33,084 nucleotides of DNA from positions 1-33,084 of the forward strand of contig CAYRBE010000002.1 of the NCBI GenBank assembly GCA_964422345.1, read 5' to 3'. Positions 1 through 8,757 of the stretch are shown here, in pieces. Numbering within the stretch: position 1 is the stretch's first letter; the number at the start of each line of letters is the position of its first letter. Source of the stretch: an uncultured Dechloromonas sp. GTDB taxonomy: Bacteria > Pseudomonadota > Gammaproteobacteria > Burkholderiales > Rhodocyclaceae. Both the position numbers and the translations under genes were made by a program. A model generated the notes under the pieces. That model ran no database searches, was not told the origin of the DNA, and was given only the letters and a program-made list of their open reading frames with translations.

Positions 1-1074
1 ACAACCGACTTTGTCCTCCACACCACTGCGGTTGGGGCCTGTGAAAACCGTAGCCAACTGGCCGAACTACTGCACAAAAACCTGGAAAAACGCTTCAAAC
101 TGACCACCCGGCGCTTTGCTGCCAGCAAAGATGGCGAGAGCCTGCGCCGGCTTTGGCGTGAAGCCGCCCGTACCGGGATCGACATTCCCGCCGCACTCTG
201 GGCAAGCTGGACTCACCCGGCCTGCGATACCCTGCTTGAGCAGGAAATCTATGGCGACATCCACATGATTCAACACCAGATCGGCACCGGGACACGGGCT
301 GATCTGGCCATGCTGAAAGCCCTGCAGGCCGACAACATCCAGCTCCGCCGGCAACTCGATGTCGCTCGGGGCGAACTTGAAACCCAGCGCAACGAGCGGG
401 CCCGTGAAAGTCAGCGCCTGAACCAGCGAATTACTCAGTTGCAAGCCGAACAAGCCGGTAAAGAAGCCCTTGCTGCCAACCTGACCGGCCAGCTTAGTAA
501 CTTGCGCGAAAGCCTGCCCGACCTCAAAGACCGGCAATCCCTGCTGCGTCGGGTCAGCGACGCCGAAGCCCGCGCCCTGGCGCTCACCGCCCGAGCCAAT
601 GAAGTCGAAGCCGAGGCCGAACGTCTGCGTGAACTGAACCGCCATGCCGAAGAAACCATCCAGCACTGGCTGGCTGCCGGCGAGAGCGCGGAGCGAAGCG
701 CATCGCCCGATGCAGATGAAGCGCCTACCAGCCTAACCGGCAAATGCATACTCTGCGTTGGTGGCCGCTCCGGAACAATTGATGGCTACCGCCAGGTAGT
801 CGAACAACGCGGTGGCCGCTTCCTCCACCACGATGGCGGGCTAGAAGAAAGCCTGCACCGGATCGACGCTGCCCTCTCAGCCGCTGATCTGGTGATCTGC
901 CAAGCCGGTTGCATCAGCCATAACGCCTATTGGCGGGTCAAGGAGCAGTGCAAACGCACCGGCAAGCAATGCGTTTTCATCAAAACCGCAGGTGTTTCAA
1001 GCTTTGACCGGGCAGTCAGTGCGAACTGCCGAGAAAACGCGAGCAAACACTGCGAACCAACGCTCAGCGAATAA
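1..1074 (+). CDS. DUF2325 domain protein, 5'-partial (long coiled coil plus C-terminal DUF2325)
   Basis: Frame +1 is open from base 1 (TTDFVLHTTAVGAC...ALWASWTHP...GDIHMIQH), so the 265 start is internal. The C-terminus LCVGGR...HHDGGLE...ADLVICQAGCISHNAYWRVKEQCKR matches DUF2325. Confidence 0.8.
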   Translation, partial: TTDFVLHTTAVGACENRSQLAELLHKNLEKRFKLTTRRFAASKDGESLRRLWREAARTGIDIPAALWASWTHPACDTLLEQEIYGDIHMIQHQIGTGTRADLAMLKALQADNIQLRRQLDVARGELETQRNERARESQRLNQRITQLQAEQAGKEALAANLTGQLSNLRESLPDLKDRQSLLRRVSDAEARALALTARANEVEAEAERLRELNRHAEETIQHWLAAGESAERSASPDADEAPTSLTGKCILCVGGRSGTIDGYRQVVEQRGGRFLHHDGGLEESLHRIDAALSAADLVICQAGCISHNAYWRVKEQCKRTGKQCVFIKTAGVSSFDRAVSANCRENASKHCEPTLSE

Positions 1075-1156
1075 ACCCAGTCCGACATTTTCCCAATCAA
1101 GCCCCAAGACAAATGTACGAACGCTTTGCCCCCTGTTTCCCCTGCAGAAAGCCACT

Positions 1157-1942
1157 GTGATCAAACTACCCGCGATTCATCCGCACCGTATTCTCGAATG
1201 CCTGACCAATCGTCGCTTCGGTGTCGAATACCAGCCCTTGGTCTGTACCAAAACCGGCGAAACCCAATGCCACGAAGCCCTCGCCCGTTTTATCGACAGT
1301 GCCGGCCGGCCACTGCCACCGGACCAGGTCTTTGAAGCACTCCACGAAAACCCCTTGTTACTGCTCCACGCTGAGCTCGAAATGAAGCGCCTCCAAATGG
1401 CTGAGGCACCGCAGCATGGCTTGCTTTTCGTCAATCTCGACCCGGATAGTTACGCGGTGGGCATTGCCGAGAATGGGAAAAATGTTTTTCTTCCCGTCCT
1501 CCTGCCCCAGCGCAGCAGACTGGTGGTTGAAGTGATCGAGAATCTCCACCTGCAAGATATTTTGCGAGCAGAAAGCATGATGCAGGCACTCGGCGAGGAA
1601 AAAATCCGGATGGCTATCGACGATCTTTCCTCCTCGCGCGGTCTGGTTTCATATTCCGCCCTTGCCCAAGCGAGCTTTCTGAAGTTCGACCGTTCATGGC
1701 TGTCCGGAAACCTGACGGCCAAGCAGCGCACCATCCTGACCTGGGCCATCGCCCAAGCCATCGACCTCGGGCTGACTACCGTTCTCGAAGGCATAGAAAC
1801 CCAGCAGCAGCTCGATATGGCAAAAGACATGGGCTTCGATCTGGTCCAGGGTTTCCTGTTCCGGGAGCGATTTATCCAGCGCGGTTGCGCCATTAAACAA
1901 AAAACTCATTCCAAAAACGCAAACAGCCTAGTCACTTGTTGA
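1157..1942 (+). CDS. Stand-alone EAL domain protein (c-di-GMP phosphodiesterase-like)
   Basis: Motifs YQP, HEALARF, FVNL, VVEVIE, AIDD, LKFDRS, LEGIET, QGFLF. The GTG at 1157 is a likelier start than 992, which overlaps the upstream gene. Confidence 0.85.
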   Translation: MIKLPAIHPHRILECLTNRRFGVEYQPLVCTKTGETQCHEALARFIDSAGRPLPPDQVFEALHENPLLLLHAELEMKRLQMAEAPQHGLLFVNLDPDSYAVGIAENGKNVFLPVLLPQRSRLVVEVIENLHLQDILRAESMMQALGEEKIRMAIDDLSSSRGLVSYSALAQASFLKFDRSWLSGNLTAKQRTILTWAIAQAIDLGLTTVLEGIETQQQLDMAKDMGFDLVQGFLFRERFIQRGCAIKQKTHSKNANSLVTC

Positions 1943-1983
1943 CAACAATTCTCATTACCGAGATAATGCGACCCATTCTTATT
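1939..1983 (+). promoter_or_regulatory. Sigma70 promoter with overlapping Fur boxes
   Basis: TTGACA (1939-1944), 17 bp, GATAAT (1962-1967). GACAACAATTCTCATTACC (1941-1959) matches 13/19 of GATAATGATAATCATTATC, and AATGCGACCCATTCTTATT (1965-1983) is a second Fur-like box. Lies directly upstream of iron-uptake genes. Confidence 0.85.
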
Positions 1984-2002
1984 TGCATTTGTTTTCCAAA
2001 AG

Positions 2003-2179
2003 ATGACACCTCCGTCCAAAGTTTTTAGTCAAAGCACCTCCCCATCTCCCAAGACAAACCGTCCGCAAGTAGATAGCGCCCAGTTATTGGGAAGTGGAGG
2101 TGCCGTAGAAATTCAGCATGCCGGGCAAACCTACCTGCTACGGGTAACCCGCGAAAACAAGCTGATTTTGACCAAATAG
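2003..2179 (+). CDS. hemP: Hemin uptake regulator HemP/HmuP (58 aa, absent from the ORF track)
   Basis: Manual translation MTPPSKVFSQSTSPSPKTNRPQVDSAQLLGSGGAVEIQHAGQTYLLRVTRENKLILTK*; the C-terminal H-x-G-x-x-Y-x-L-R-x-T-x3-KLILTK is the HemP signature. Confidence 0.93.
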   Translation: MTPPSKVFSQSTSPSPKTNRPQVDSAQLLGSGGAVEIQHAGQTYLLRVTRENKLILTK

Positions 2180-2234
2180 CCGACTCAATAGCTGACCTAT
2201 TACTTTTCTCTCCACTGTAACCCCCCTTCCCCAT

Positions 2235-2283
2235 AGCCAGCACGCAAAACGCCAGCCAGCCAAGGGTTTTTTCCCGGCTTGGT
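2235..2283 (+). promoter_or_regulatory. GCCAGC direct repeats plus hairpin in the hemP-tonB leader (putative HemP-responsive RNA element)
   Basis: GCCAGC at 2236, 2251 and 2255; imperfect stem CCAGCC(AA)GGG-T6-CCCGGCTTGG. Confidence 0.5.
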
Positions 2284-2308
2284 CATTGGTAAAAAAGAAA
2301 ACCAGCCC

Positions 2309-2938
2309 ATGAGTTATGCCCTCTCCCGCCCTTCACAAACCAGACGTAGTGGCCTGCTGACTGTCGTCATCGGCCTGCATGTCGGTATTTTTTTGATCAT
2401 CCTTGCTGCCAAAACTGTCGTTCCGCAGATTATGGAAATGCCGCTGGTAGTTGATCTTCTGCAGGCAGAACCCGAACAGAAGCCGCCAGAAGCCAAACCG
2501 CTACCGGTCAGCAAGCCGCAACCGATCAAGCAGCAACCCAAACCCCAAACCCCACCGCTGGAAGCCACCAACAGCTCGACCCCAGCTCCGGCAGCCCCCG
2601 TTGCTGCGCAATCGGATGCCAAACCAGCCCCGGCCGCACCGGCCAGCGAACCAGTCAGTCAGGCACGTTTCGATGCTGATTACCTGCGCAACCCGCCACC
2701 TGCCTATCCACCGCTATCCCGCCGGATGGGCGAAGAAGGCAAGGTCATCCTGCGCGTTTCAGTCAATGCCCAGGGTGGTGCTGACAACGTTGAGGTCAAA
2801 ACCACCTCGGGCAGCCCGCGTCTTGACGATGCTGCGGTGAACACAGTCAAAAAGTGGAAATTCATTTCAGCCAAACGGGGAGATACGCCAGTTCAAAGCT
2901 GGGTACTGGTCCCGATCATATTCAAACTGGAGCAATAA
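2309..2938 (+). CDS. tonB: Energy transducer TonB
   Basis: N-terminal TM helix with His (GLHVGIF), Pro/Lys-rich spacer, C-terminal domain YPPLSRRMGEEGKV...SGSPRLDDAA...WKF. ATG at 2309 is the likely start. Confidence 0.93.
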   Translation: MSYALSRPSQTRRSGLLTVVIGLHVGIFLIILAAKTVVPQIMEMPLVVDLLQAEPEQKPPEAKPLPVSKPQPIKQQPKPQTPPLEATNSSTPAPAAPVAAQSDAKPAPAAPASEPVSQARFDADYLRNPPPAYPPLSRRMGEEGKVILRVSVNAQGGADNVEVKTTSGSPRLDDAAVNTVKKWKFISAKRGDTPVQSWVLVPIIFKLEQ

Positions 2939-2940
2939 TC

Positions 2941-3684
2941 ATGCAGGAAACCACACAAAACGCCTTCGGCTTCGCTCACCTCTGGGCGGCTGGCGATACC
3001 ATTTCGCACAGCGTTGCGATCATTCTCGCCATCATGTCAATTGCCAGCTGGTATCTGATTCTGGCCAAGGCCTGGGATTGGTGGACAATGCGCCGCGCCG
3101 CCCGGGCAACTGCCGCTTTCTGGTCAGCGACCAGTGTGGCCGAAGGACTCGACCGCCTGCGCGAAGCGGGGATCGATAGCCCATACGCCCAACTGGCAGT
3201 TCAGGCCAACTGCTGCAATAACGATTGCGAAGCCGCTACCGGTCGTCTCGCCTCCCGTTTTGACCCGGCCGAGCAAATGGAGCGCGCTCTGCGGCAACAA
3301 CTTTCTAGCACCCAAGCCGGAATGGAAAATGGTCTGACCCTACTCGCCACCACCGGCGCGACCGCACCTTTTGTCGGCCTGTTCGGCACGGTGTGGGGGA
3401 TTTATCACGCCTTGGTTGCGATCGGCATTTCCGGTCAGGCCGCACTGGAAAAGGTCGCTGGCCCGGTCGGTGAGGCGCTAATCATGACCGCTGCCGGCCT
3501 GGCCGTCGCTCTGCCTGCCGTCTTTGCCTACAACGCTTTCACCCGTGCCAACCGTGTCTTCCTGGCCGATCTTGATGCCTTTGCCCACGACCTGCACGCC
3601 TTCTTTACTGTGGGTAAGCCCTTTGTCGCCAACAGCGCCCAGATCCACCCGATGCGTGCTCGCGCCGCGACCGAGGCTGCGTAA
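2941..3684 (+). CDS. exbB: ExbB (MotA/TolQ/ExbB proton channel)
   Basis: APFVGLFGTVWGI and GEALIMTAAGLAVALPAV motifs; GGAG RBS before ATG 2941. Confidence 0.93.
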   Translation: MQETTQNAFGFAHLWAAGDTISHSVAIILAIMSIASWYLILAKAWDWWTMRRAARATAAFWSATSVAEGLDRLREAGIDSPYAQLAVQANCCNNDCEAATGRLASRFDPAEQMERALRQQLSSTQAGMENGLTLLATTGATAPFVGLFGTVWGIYHALVAIGISGQAALEKVAGPVGEALIMTAAGLAVALPAVFAYNAFTRANRVFLADLDAFAHDLHAFFTVGKPFVANSAQIHPMRARAATEAA

Positions 3685-3686
3685 TC

Positions 3687-4112
3687 ATGGCGATGGGGAG
3701 TTTCAATTCGCAGCAGAATCAGATGCCAACAGCGGAGATCAACATGACGCCGCTGGTCGACGTGATGCTCGTCCTGCTGATTATTTTCATCATCACCGCA
3801 CCGCTGATGACGCATCAGGTGCCGGTGGATCTACCCCGTGCCGCCAGCACGCCAACCCCGGAAAAGCCGATGACGCTGCAGGTTTCGATCAACGCCGACA
3901 ACGCCATTTTTGTCGGGGCCGAAGCCGCCGACCGCAACGCGCTGGAAAGCAAGTTCCGCGAAGCCGTGGCCAAGGATGCCAGTGTCGAAATGCACCTCAA
4001 GGCAGATCGGGCTACCCGCTACGAAACGGTCGCCGAAACCATGAGCGCCGCCCGCCGTGCCGGGCTGACCAAGATTGGCTTCGTCACCCAGCCCGGAGAC
4101 AGCAGCAAATAA
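3687..4112 (+). CDS. exbD: ExbD biopolymer transport protein
   Basis: EINMTPLVDVMLVLLIIFII motif, LKADR; follows exbB. Confidence 0.94.
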   Translation: MAMGSFNSQQNQMPTAEINMTPLVDVMLVLLIIFIITAPLMTHQVPVDLPRAASTPTPEKPMTLQVSINADNAIFVGAEAADRNALESKFREAVAKDASVEMHLKADRATRYETVAETMSAARRAGLTKIGFVTQPGDSSK

Positions 4113-4127
4113 GCGAGTAATACACCA

Positions 4128-4145
4128 GCCGGCCTGAGGGCCGGC
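4128..4145 (+). other. GC-rich intergenic hairpin without U-tract
   Basis: GCCGGCC-TGAG-GGCCGGC between exbD and the receptor gene. Confidence 0.55.
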
Positions 4146-4176
4146 GGCAAAATATAGAACCCAGGGAGGCCCTCTC

Positions 4177-6306
4177 ATGCATCACAAATTTACGCCACTC
4201 GCAGCCGCCTTGGCGCTGGCTTTTACGACGCAAGTTCATGCTGACAAGACGCTGGAAGAAGTCACCGTCTCAAGCGGAAAAGGGGTTGGAGCCAAGCCAG
4301 TGTTGCGCGATGAAATCATCGCCACCGAGAGCTTTTCTGCCCGCGATATCGAAAAAAGCGGGGCAACAACGCTGACCGAAGCGCTCGACAAACGACCGGG
4401 CATTTCAGTCCAGACCGAATGTTCAATCTGTAACGTCCGCAATATTGTGCTCAACAATCTACCGGGGCGTTACACCACATTGCTGATTGATGGCATCCCG
4501 ATTTTTTCCTCAGTTTCTTCTGCCTACGGGCTGGATAGCGTCAGCCTAGGCGGTCTGGAACGAATCGACATTTCACGCGGCGCCGGAACCAGCCTGATCG
4601 CACCCGAAGCCCTAGCCGGATCGGTCAATATCGTGACTCGCCGCCCGACCAAGGATGAATTGCTGATCAATCAGCAATTCGGCTCTTACGGTCAGATGAA
4701 TACTGAACTGTTCGGTGCCAAGGCATTCACCGGTGGCGCCATCGCAGCCAACTTCAACCATAACCAGCACGATACTGTCGATGCCGACGGCAATGGCATT
4801 TCGGAATACACAGGCTACAAGCGCAATCTCGGTGGCATCGGTTTCTTTGCCGATGACATCGGTGGCTTCAAGCTTAAGGGGCGTCTTGATGTGGTCAGCG
4901 AAAAACGCATGGGCGGTGCGATGGGTACTGACTACAGCGCGGTCAAGGCCGACAGCAGCGGCAACCCCTTCGACTGGAGCAAGGGCAAAAACGGCTCACC
5001 TGACCGGCGTGGCTGGGTCACACCAGACGGTTCAGGCACCGACACCTTAGCCAACGGTCAGGCCGGAAGCTTCTATAACGATGGTCGGGCCGGGATGTCT
5101 GAAATCATTTTCACCGATCGCCAGCAGTTCATTTCCAGCGCAACGCGCAAACTGGGTGAAGGCAGCCTGCGTTTCGCCGTTGGTTATGCCAAGCATAAAC
5201 AGGACTCGTTCTATGAGAAGGCGATCTACAAGGCTGACCAGACCCAGTATTACCTTGAGGCGAGCACACAACAGCCAATAGGCCAGACGCTGGTTACCGC
5301 CGGCATGAATTATCGCTACGAAGACCTGGGCAGTATCGGCACCGATGCCAGCGGCAAGGTCAACAACGGTATCGACAACTATAAATACCGTACGCCAGGC
5401 GTCTTTCTGCAGGCCTACCGTGCCTTTTTTGACAATGATGTCGAAGTCAATGGCTCGGTGCGTTACGACGACCATAACATTTTTGGCAGTATCGCCAGCC
5501 CACGCCTGAACGTGCTCTTGAATCACACGCATGAATTGAACAGCCGCTTTGCCATCGGCCGTGGCTTCCGCGCCCCAACCTCGTTCTTCGAGCAGGATCA
5601 CGGCATTCTCGACACCTCGCGCATCGTTCGTCAGGTCGACAAAGCCGAGATTTCCGACAACGCCTCCTACACCCTGTCTTACGCCAACGACCGACTGGCC
5701 GTAGCAAGCTCTTTGAACTACAACAAGATCAAGAATATGGCGCTGCTCGACTCCAGCGCGACCGATGCAGTCACTGGCGAGTCAATCACACGCTTCACCT
5801 CCGCCCAGAAGCCCGTCACCGTCAGCGGCGGCGACATTACCGTCACCTACAAACTGACACCGCAACTGGAAGCGACCGCTGCCGCAGAACACTTCAACTA
5901 CAGCTTCTCCGAACCGGGAACACTCGCCTTTGCCCGCCCGGAAACGCGTACCTACCTTCGTCTCGACTACGAGAGCGGCCCTTGGGTCGGCATGTTACGC
6001 GGCACATGGACCGGCACGCAGGATCTCGCCAAGTTCTACGACTATGCCAACAATCAGCGCTACAACTTCGATGGCACGAAGAAAATGGACAAGAGCCCGG
6101 CCTTCTGGACAGTTGATCTGCGCGGCGAATACCGCATCAACAAGCAGTGGAGCGGCTTCCTCGGTGCTGACAATGTCCTCGACTTCAAGCAGTCAGACAA
6201 GGAAAGCATGCTCTGGGTAAGCAACAGCGGCAGTATCGACGTGACGCAGATCTGGGGGCCGAACCGTGGCCGCTTCATCTACGGCGGCGTCAAGTTTGCC
6301 CTGTGA
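4177..6306 (+). CDS. TonB-dependent outer membrane receptor with plug CxxC motif
   Basis: Signal peptide (..QVHA), TonB box LEEVTVS, plug LLIDG and ERIDISRG..AGSVNIVT, TECSICN, FRAP motif, C-terminal beta-strand YGGVKFAL. Confidence 0.93.
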   Translation: MHHKFTPLAAALALAFTTQVHADKTLEEVTVSSGKGVGAKPVLRDEIIATESFSARDIEKSGATTLTEALDKRPGISVQTECSICNVRNIVLNNLPGRYTTLLIDGIPIFSSVSSAYGLDSVSLGGLERIDISRGAGTSLIAPEALAGSVNIVTRRPTKDELLINQQFGSYGQMNTELFGAKAFTGGAIAANFNHNQHDTVDADGNGISEYTGYKRNLGGIGFFADDIGGFKLKGRLDVVSEKRMGGAMGTDYSAVKADSSGNPFDWSKGKNGSPDRRGWVTPDGSGTDTLANGQAGSFYNDGRAGMSEIIFTDRQQFISSATRKLGEGSLRFAVGYAKHKQDSFYEKAIYKADQTQYYLEASTQQPIGQTLVTAGMNYRYEDLGSIGTDASGKVNNGIDNYKYRTPGVFLQAYRAFFDNDVEVNGSVRYDDHNIFGSIASPRLNVLLNHTHELNSRFAIGRGFRAPTSFFEQDHGILDTSRIVRQVDKAEISDNASYTLSYANDRLAVASSLNYNKIKNMALLDSSATDAVTGESITRFTSAQKPVTVSGGDITVTYKLTPQLEATAAAEHFNYSFSEPGTLAFARPETRTYLRLDYESGPWVGMLRGTWTGTQDLAKFYDYANNQRYNFDGTKKMDKSPAFWTVDLRGEYRINKQWSGFLGADNVLDFKQSDKESMLWVSNSGSIDVTQIWGPNRGRFIYGGVKFAL

Positions 6307-6812
6307 AATCAGCCCGCATCAGCCTGATCAAGAACAGCCTCGCCGTAATGGCGGGGCTGTTGCTGAATGCTACGGTGCACGCCGAAAATATGCAAAAACC
6401 AAGCCTTGATTTCGAATTATCGAATGGCCGTGAATTTGTTCGTTTATCGGACCTTCCACCCCGGCTAACCGTGATCAATTTCTGGCGTTACGATTGCCCA
6501 CCCTGCGTGCGGGAAATGCCGCTACTGGCTAATCTGGCACATGAAGGCAAGGTTCGGGTCATCACCATTGCCCTACACCGCCCAAGCGAAGCCATACTCA
6601 CCCCGCTTGCGGCTCAACAAGCACTTGCCGCACCCATTCTCTCCCTCTTCGGCCCCAGCGAACCGCGCGGCCTGCTTAGCCGTTTCGGCAACCGGCACGG
6701 CGCAATACCGCATACCGTGCTGCTTAACCCACGACGCCAAGTCTGCGCCCAATTGACCGGCGAAATCTCCGCGACCTGGGTCAAATCGGCCCTCACTCAC
6801 TGCCCCACCTGA
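6303..6812 (+). CDS. Exported TlpA/ResA-like thioredoxin
   Basis: Signal peptide ending TVHA, VINFWRYDCPPCVREMP, cis-Pro motif AIPHT. GTG start overlaps the receptor stop (GTGA). Confidence 0.88.
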   Translation: MKSARISLIKNSLAVMAGLLLNATVHAENMQKPSLDFELSNGREFVRLSDLPPRLTVINFWRYDCPPCVREMPLLANLAHEGKVRVITIALHRPSEAILTPLAAQQALAAPILSLFGPSEPRGLLSRFGNRHGAIPHTVLLNPRRQVCAQLTGEISATWVKSALTHCPT

Positions 6813-6819
6813 AAACCCC

Positions 6820-8757
6820 GTGACCACTAACTCTGCCATCCTGCTCGTGGGCCATCCCAATGTCGGCAAATCTGTTCTCTTCCACCGCCTGACCGGGGCT
6901 TACGTCAACGTATCAAACTACCCCGGCACAACCGTTGAAGTGACCCGCGCCACCGCGCGTTTCGACCATACCGCCAGCCTGCTCGATACCCCCGGCGTAC
7001 TCACCCTGCCCTCGCGCAGTGATGATGAACGGGCCACCATGCAAGCCCTCCTTAACGAGGACTGCCGTTGCCTGGTTCAGATCGGCGATGCAAAAAACCT
7101 GCGCCGCACCCTGACCCTGACTGCGCTGCTGGCCGAACTCGGTGTCCCGATGGTGCTGGCCCTGAACATGCACGACGAGGCTACCGCACGTGGTGTTACC
7201 GTCGACATCGACCGGCTCGGCGAAGAACTCGGTGCGCCGGTACTGACCACCATCGCGACCGGCGGTGAGGGGATTTCCCACCTCACCCACGCCATCAGCC
7301 AGGCCCGTGTTCCGGAAAAACTACTGCACTACGATGAAGCCCTTGAAACCGAGATCACGCAGATTGCGCTGCTCATCGAAACGCATTGCCCTCACCCTCA
7401 TCTGGCGGCGCGTGGTTTAGCCATACTTTATCTCGGTGGCGACACAGTCGTCGAAGACTGGCTATCCACCCAAACCGCCAAGCTTTCCGGCCAACTGGAA
7501 AAGTTGCGAACGGATGCCGCCCAGCGCAATCAGGGTGATCTAGCCACACAACTTGCCCACGAACGCAGCGAAGCGGCTGATGCACTAAGCGCCAGCGTGC
7601 TCTCCCGCACGACGCGCAGCAGCCCCTTACTGGCACAACGTATCGGGCAATACGTCGTCCATCCGGTATGGGGCGTTCCCATTCTGCTCGGCGTGCTCTA
7701 TGCCGTTTATCAGTTTGTCGGCGTCTTCGGTGCGACCCTGCTGGTCGGCCTTCTGGAAAAAGACTTATTCGAAGGCGTCCTCAATCCGGCCTTCACTGAT
7801 TTCGTCGAATCAGCCGTCGGCCCCGGCTGGCTGTCCGAACTGCTGGTTGGCGAATATGGGCTATGGACCATGGGCATGACCTACGCCCTGGCGCTGATCC
7901 TGCCCATCGTCACCACCTTCTTTATCGCCTTCGGTGTGCTCGAAGACTCCGGTTACCTGCCGCGCCTGAGCGTCATTGCCAACCGCCTGTTCACATTGAT
8001 CGGGCTTAATGGCCGCGCCATTCTGCCCATGGTGCTCGGTCTGGGCTGCGTGACGATGGCCACCTTGACCACGCGCATCCTGCACAGCCGGCGCGAACGA
8101 CTGATCACCATTTTTCTGCTCGCCCTCGCCATTCCCTGCTCAGCCCAACTCGGTGTCGTCCTCGGCATGCTCGGTGGTATTTCATTTTCCGCCGTCCTGA
8201 TCTGGTCACTGGCCATGGTTGGCGTCCTCATCCTCGCTGGCTTTCTTGCCGCCAAGCTGATTCCCGGACGCCGTATCCCGCTGGTGACCGAACTCCCTCC
8301 GATGCGTCCGCCCATCTTCGGTAATGTCCTGAAGAAAACTGGTGGCCGTCTGAAGTGGTATCTGATCGAGGTCATCCCGCTGTTTCTGCTCGGCACCCTC
8401 ATCATGTACACGCTGGACAAAACGGGCGCCCTGCCCTTAATCATCCGCGCCGGCGAACCGCTGGTCTCTGGCTGGCTAGGACTACCCAAGGAAGCCTCAG
8501 CCGCCTTCGTGATGGGCTTTCTACGCCGTGACTTTGGTGCCACCGGACTCTTCGCAATGGCGCATACCCTGAGCCCGATTCAAGCCGTCGTCGGCATGAT
8601 CACCATCACCCTGTTCATTCCCTGCTTCGCCAGTTTGATGATGATGCTCAAGGAACAAGGTGCAAAGGTTGCAGTCGGCATGGTCGCCATCATCGTTCCC
8701 TTCGCCTTCTTCATCGGCGGTCTGTTCAACCTAGTTCTCCGAGCCCTGTGGTCATGA
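6820..8757 (+). CDS. feoB: Ferrous iron transporter FeoB
   Basis: G1 GHPNVGKS, G2 NYPGTTVE, G3 DTPG, G4 NMHD; membrane motifs LEDSGYLPR, LGLGC, IPCSAQ, ELPP, FIPC. Confidence 0.95.
   Translation: MTTNSAILLVGHPNVGKSVLFHRLTGAYVNVSNYPGTTVEVTRATARFDHTASLLDTPGVLTLPSRSDDERATMQALLNEDCRCLVQIGDAKNLRRTLTLTALLAELGVPMVLALNMHDEATARGVTVDIDRLGEELGAPVLTTIATGGEGISHLTHAISQARVPEKLLHYDEALETEITQIALLIETHCPHPHLAARGLAILYLGGDTVVEDWLSTQTAKLSGQLEKLRTDAAQRNQGDLATQLAHERSEAADALSASVLSRTTRSSPLLAQRIGQYVVHPVWGVPILLGVLYAVYQFVGVFGATLLVGLLEKDLFEGVLNPAFTDFVESAVGPGWLSELLVGEYGLWTMGMTYALALILPIVTTFFIAFGVLEDSGYLPRLSVIANRLFTLIGLNGRAILPMVLGLGCVTMATLTTRILHSRRERLITIFLLALAIPCSAQLGVVLGMLGGISFSAVLIWSLAMVGVLILAGFLAAKLIPGRRIPLVTELPPMRPPIFGNVLKKTGGRLKWYLIEVIPLFLLGTLIMYTLDKTGALPLIIRAGEPLVSGWLGLPKEASAAFVMGFLRRDFGATGLFAMAHTLSPIQAVVGMITITLFIPCFASLMMMLKEQGAKVAVGMVAIIVPFAFFIGGLFNLVLRALWS

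Noticed and set aside
67-666. 199-aa minus-strand ORF and similar short ORFs overlapping the DUF2325 and EAL genes
   Set aside because: Antisense shadows of well-supported genes with no recognisable motifs.
2025-2243. 72-aa minus-strand ORF in the EAL-tonB gap
   Set aside because: It is antisense to hemP, which has a clear family signature and promoter.
3524-4120. 198-aa plus-strand ORF spanning exbB/exbD
   Set aside because: Alternative frame of two conserved genes with low-complexity translation.
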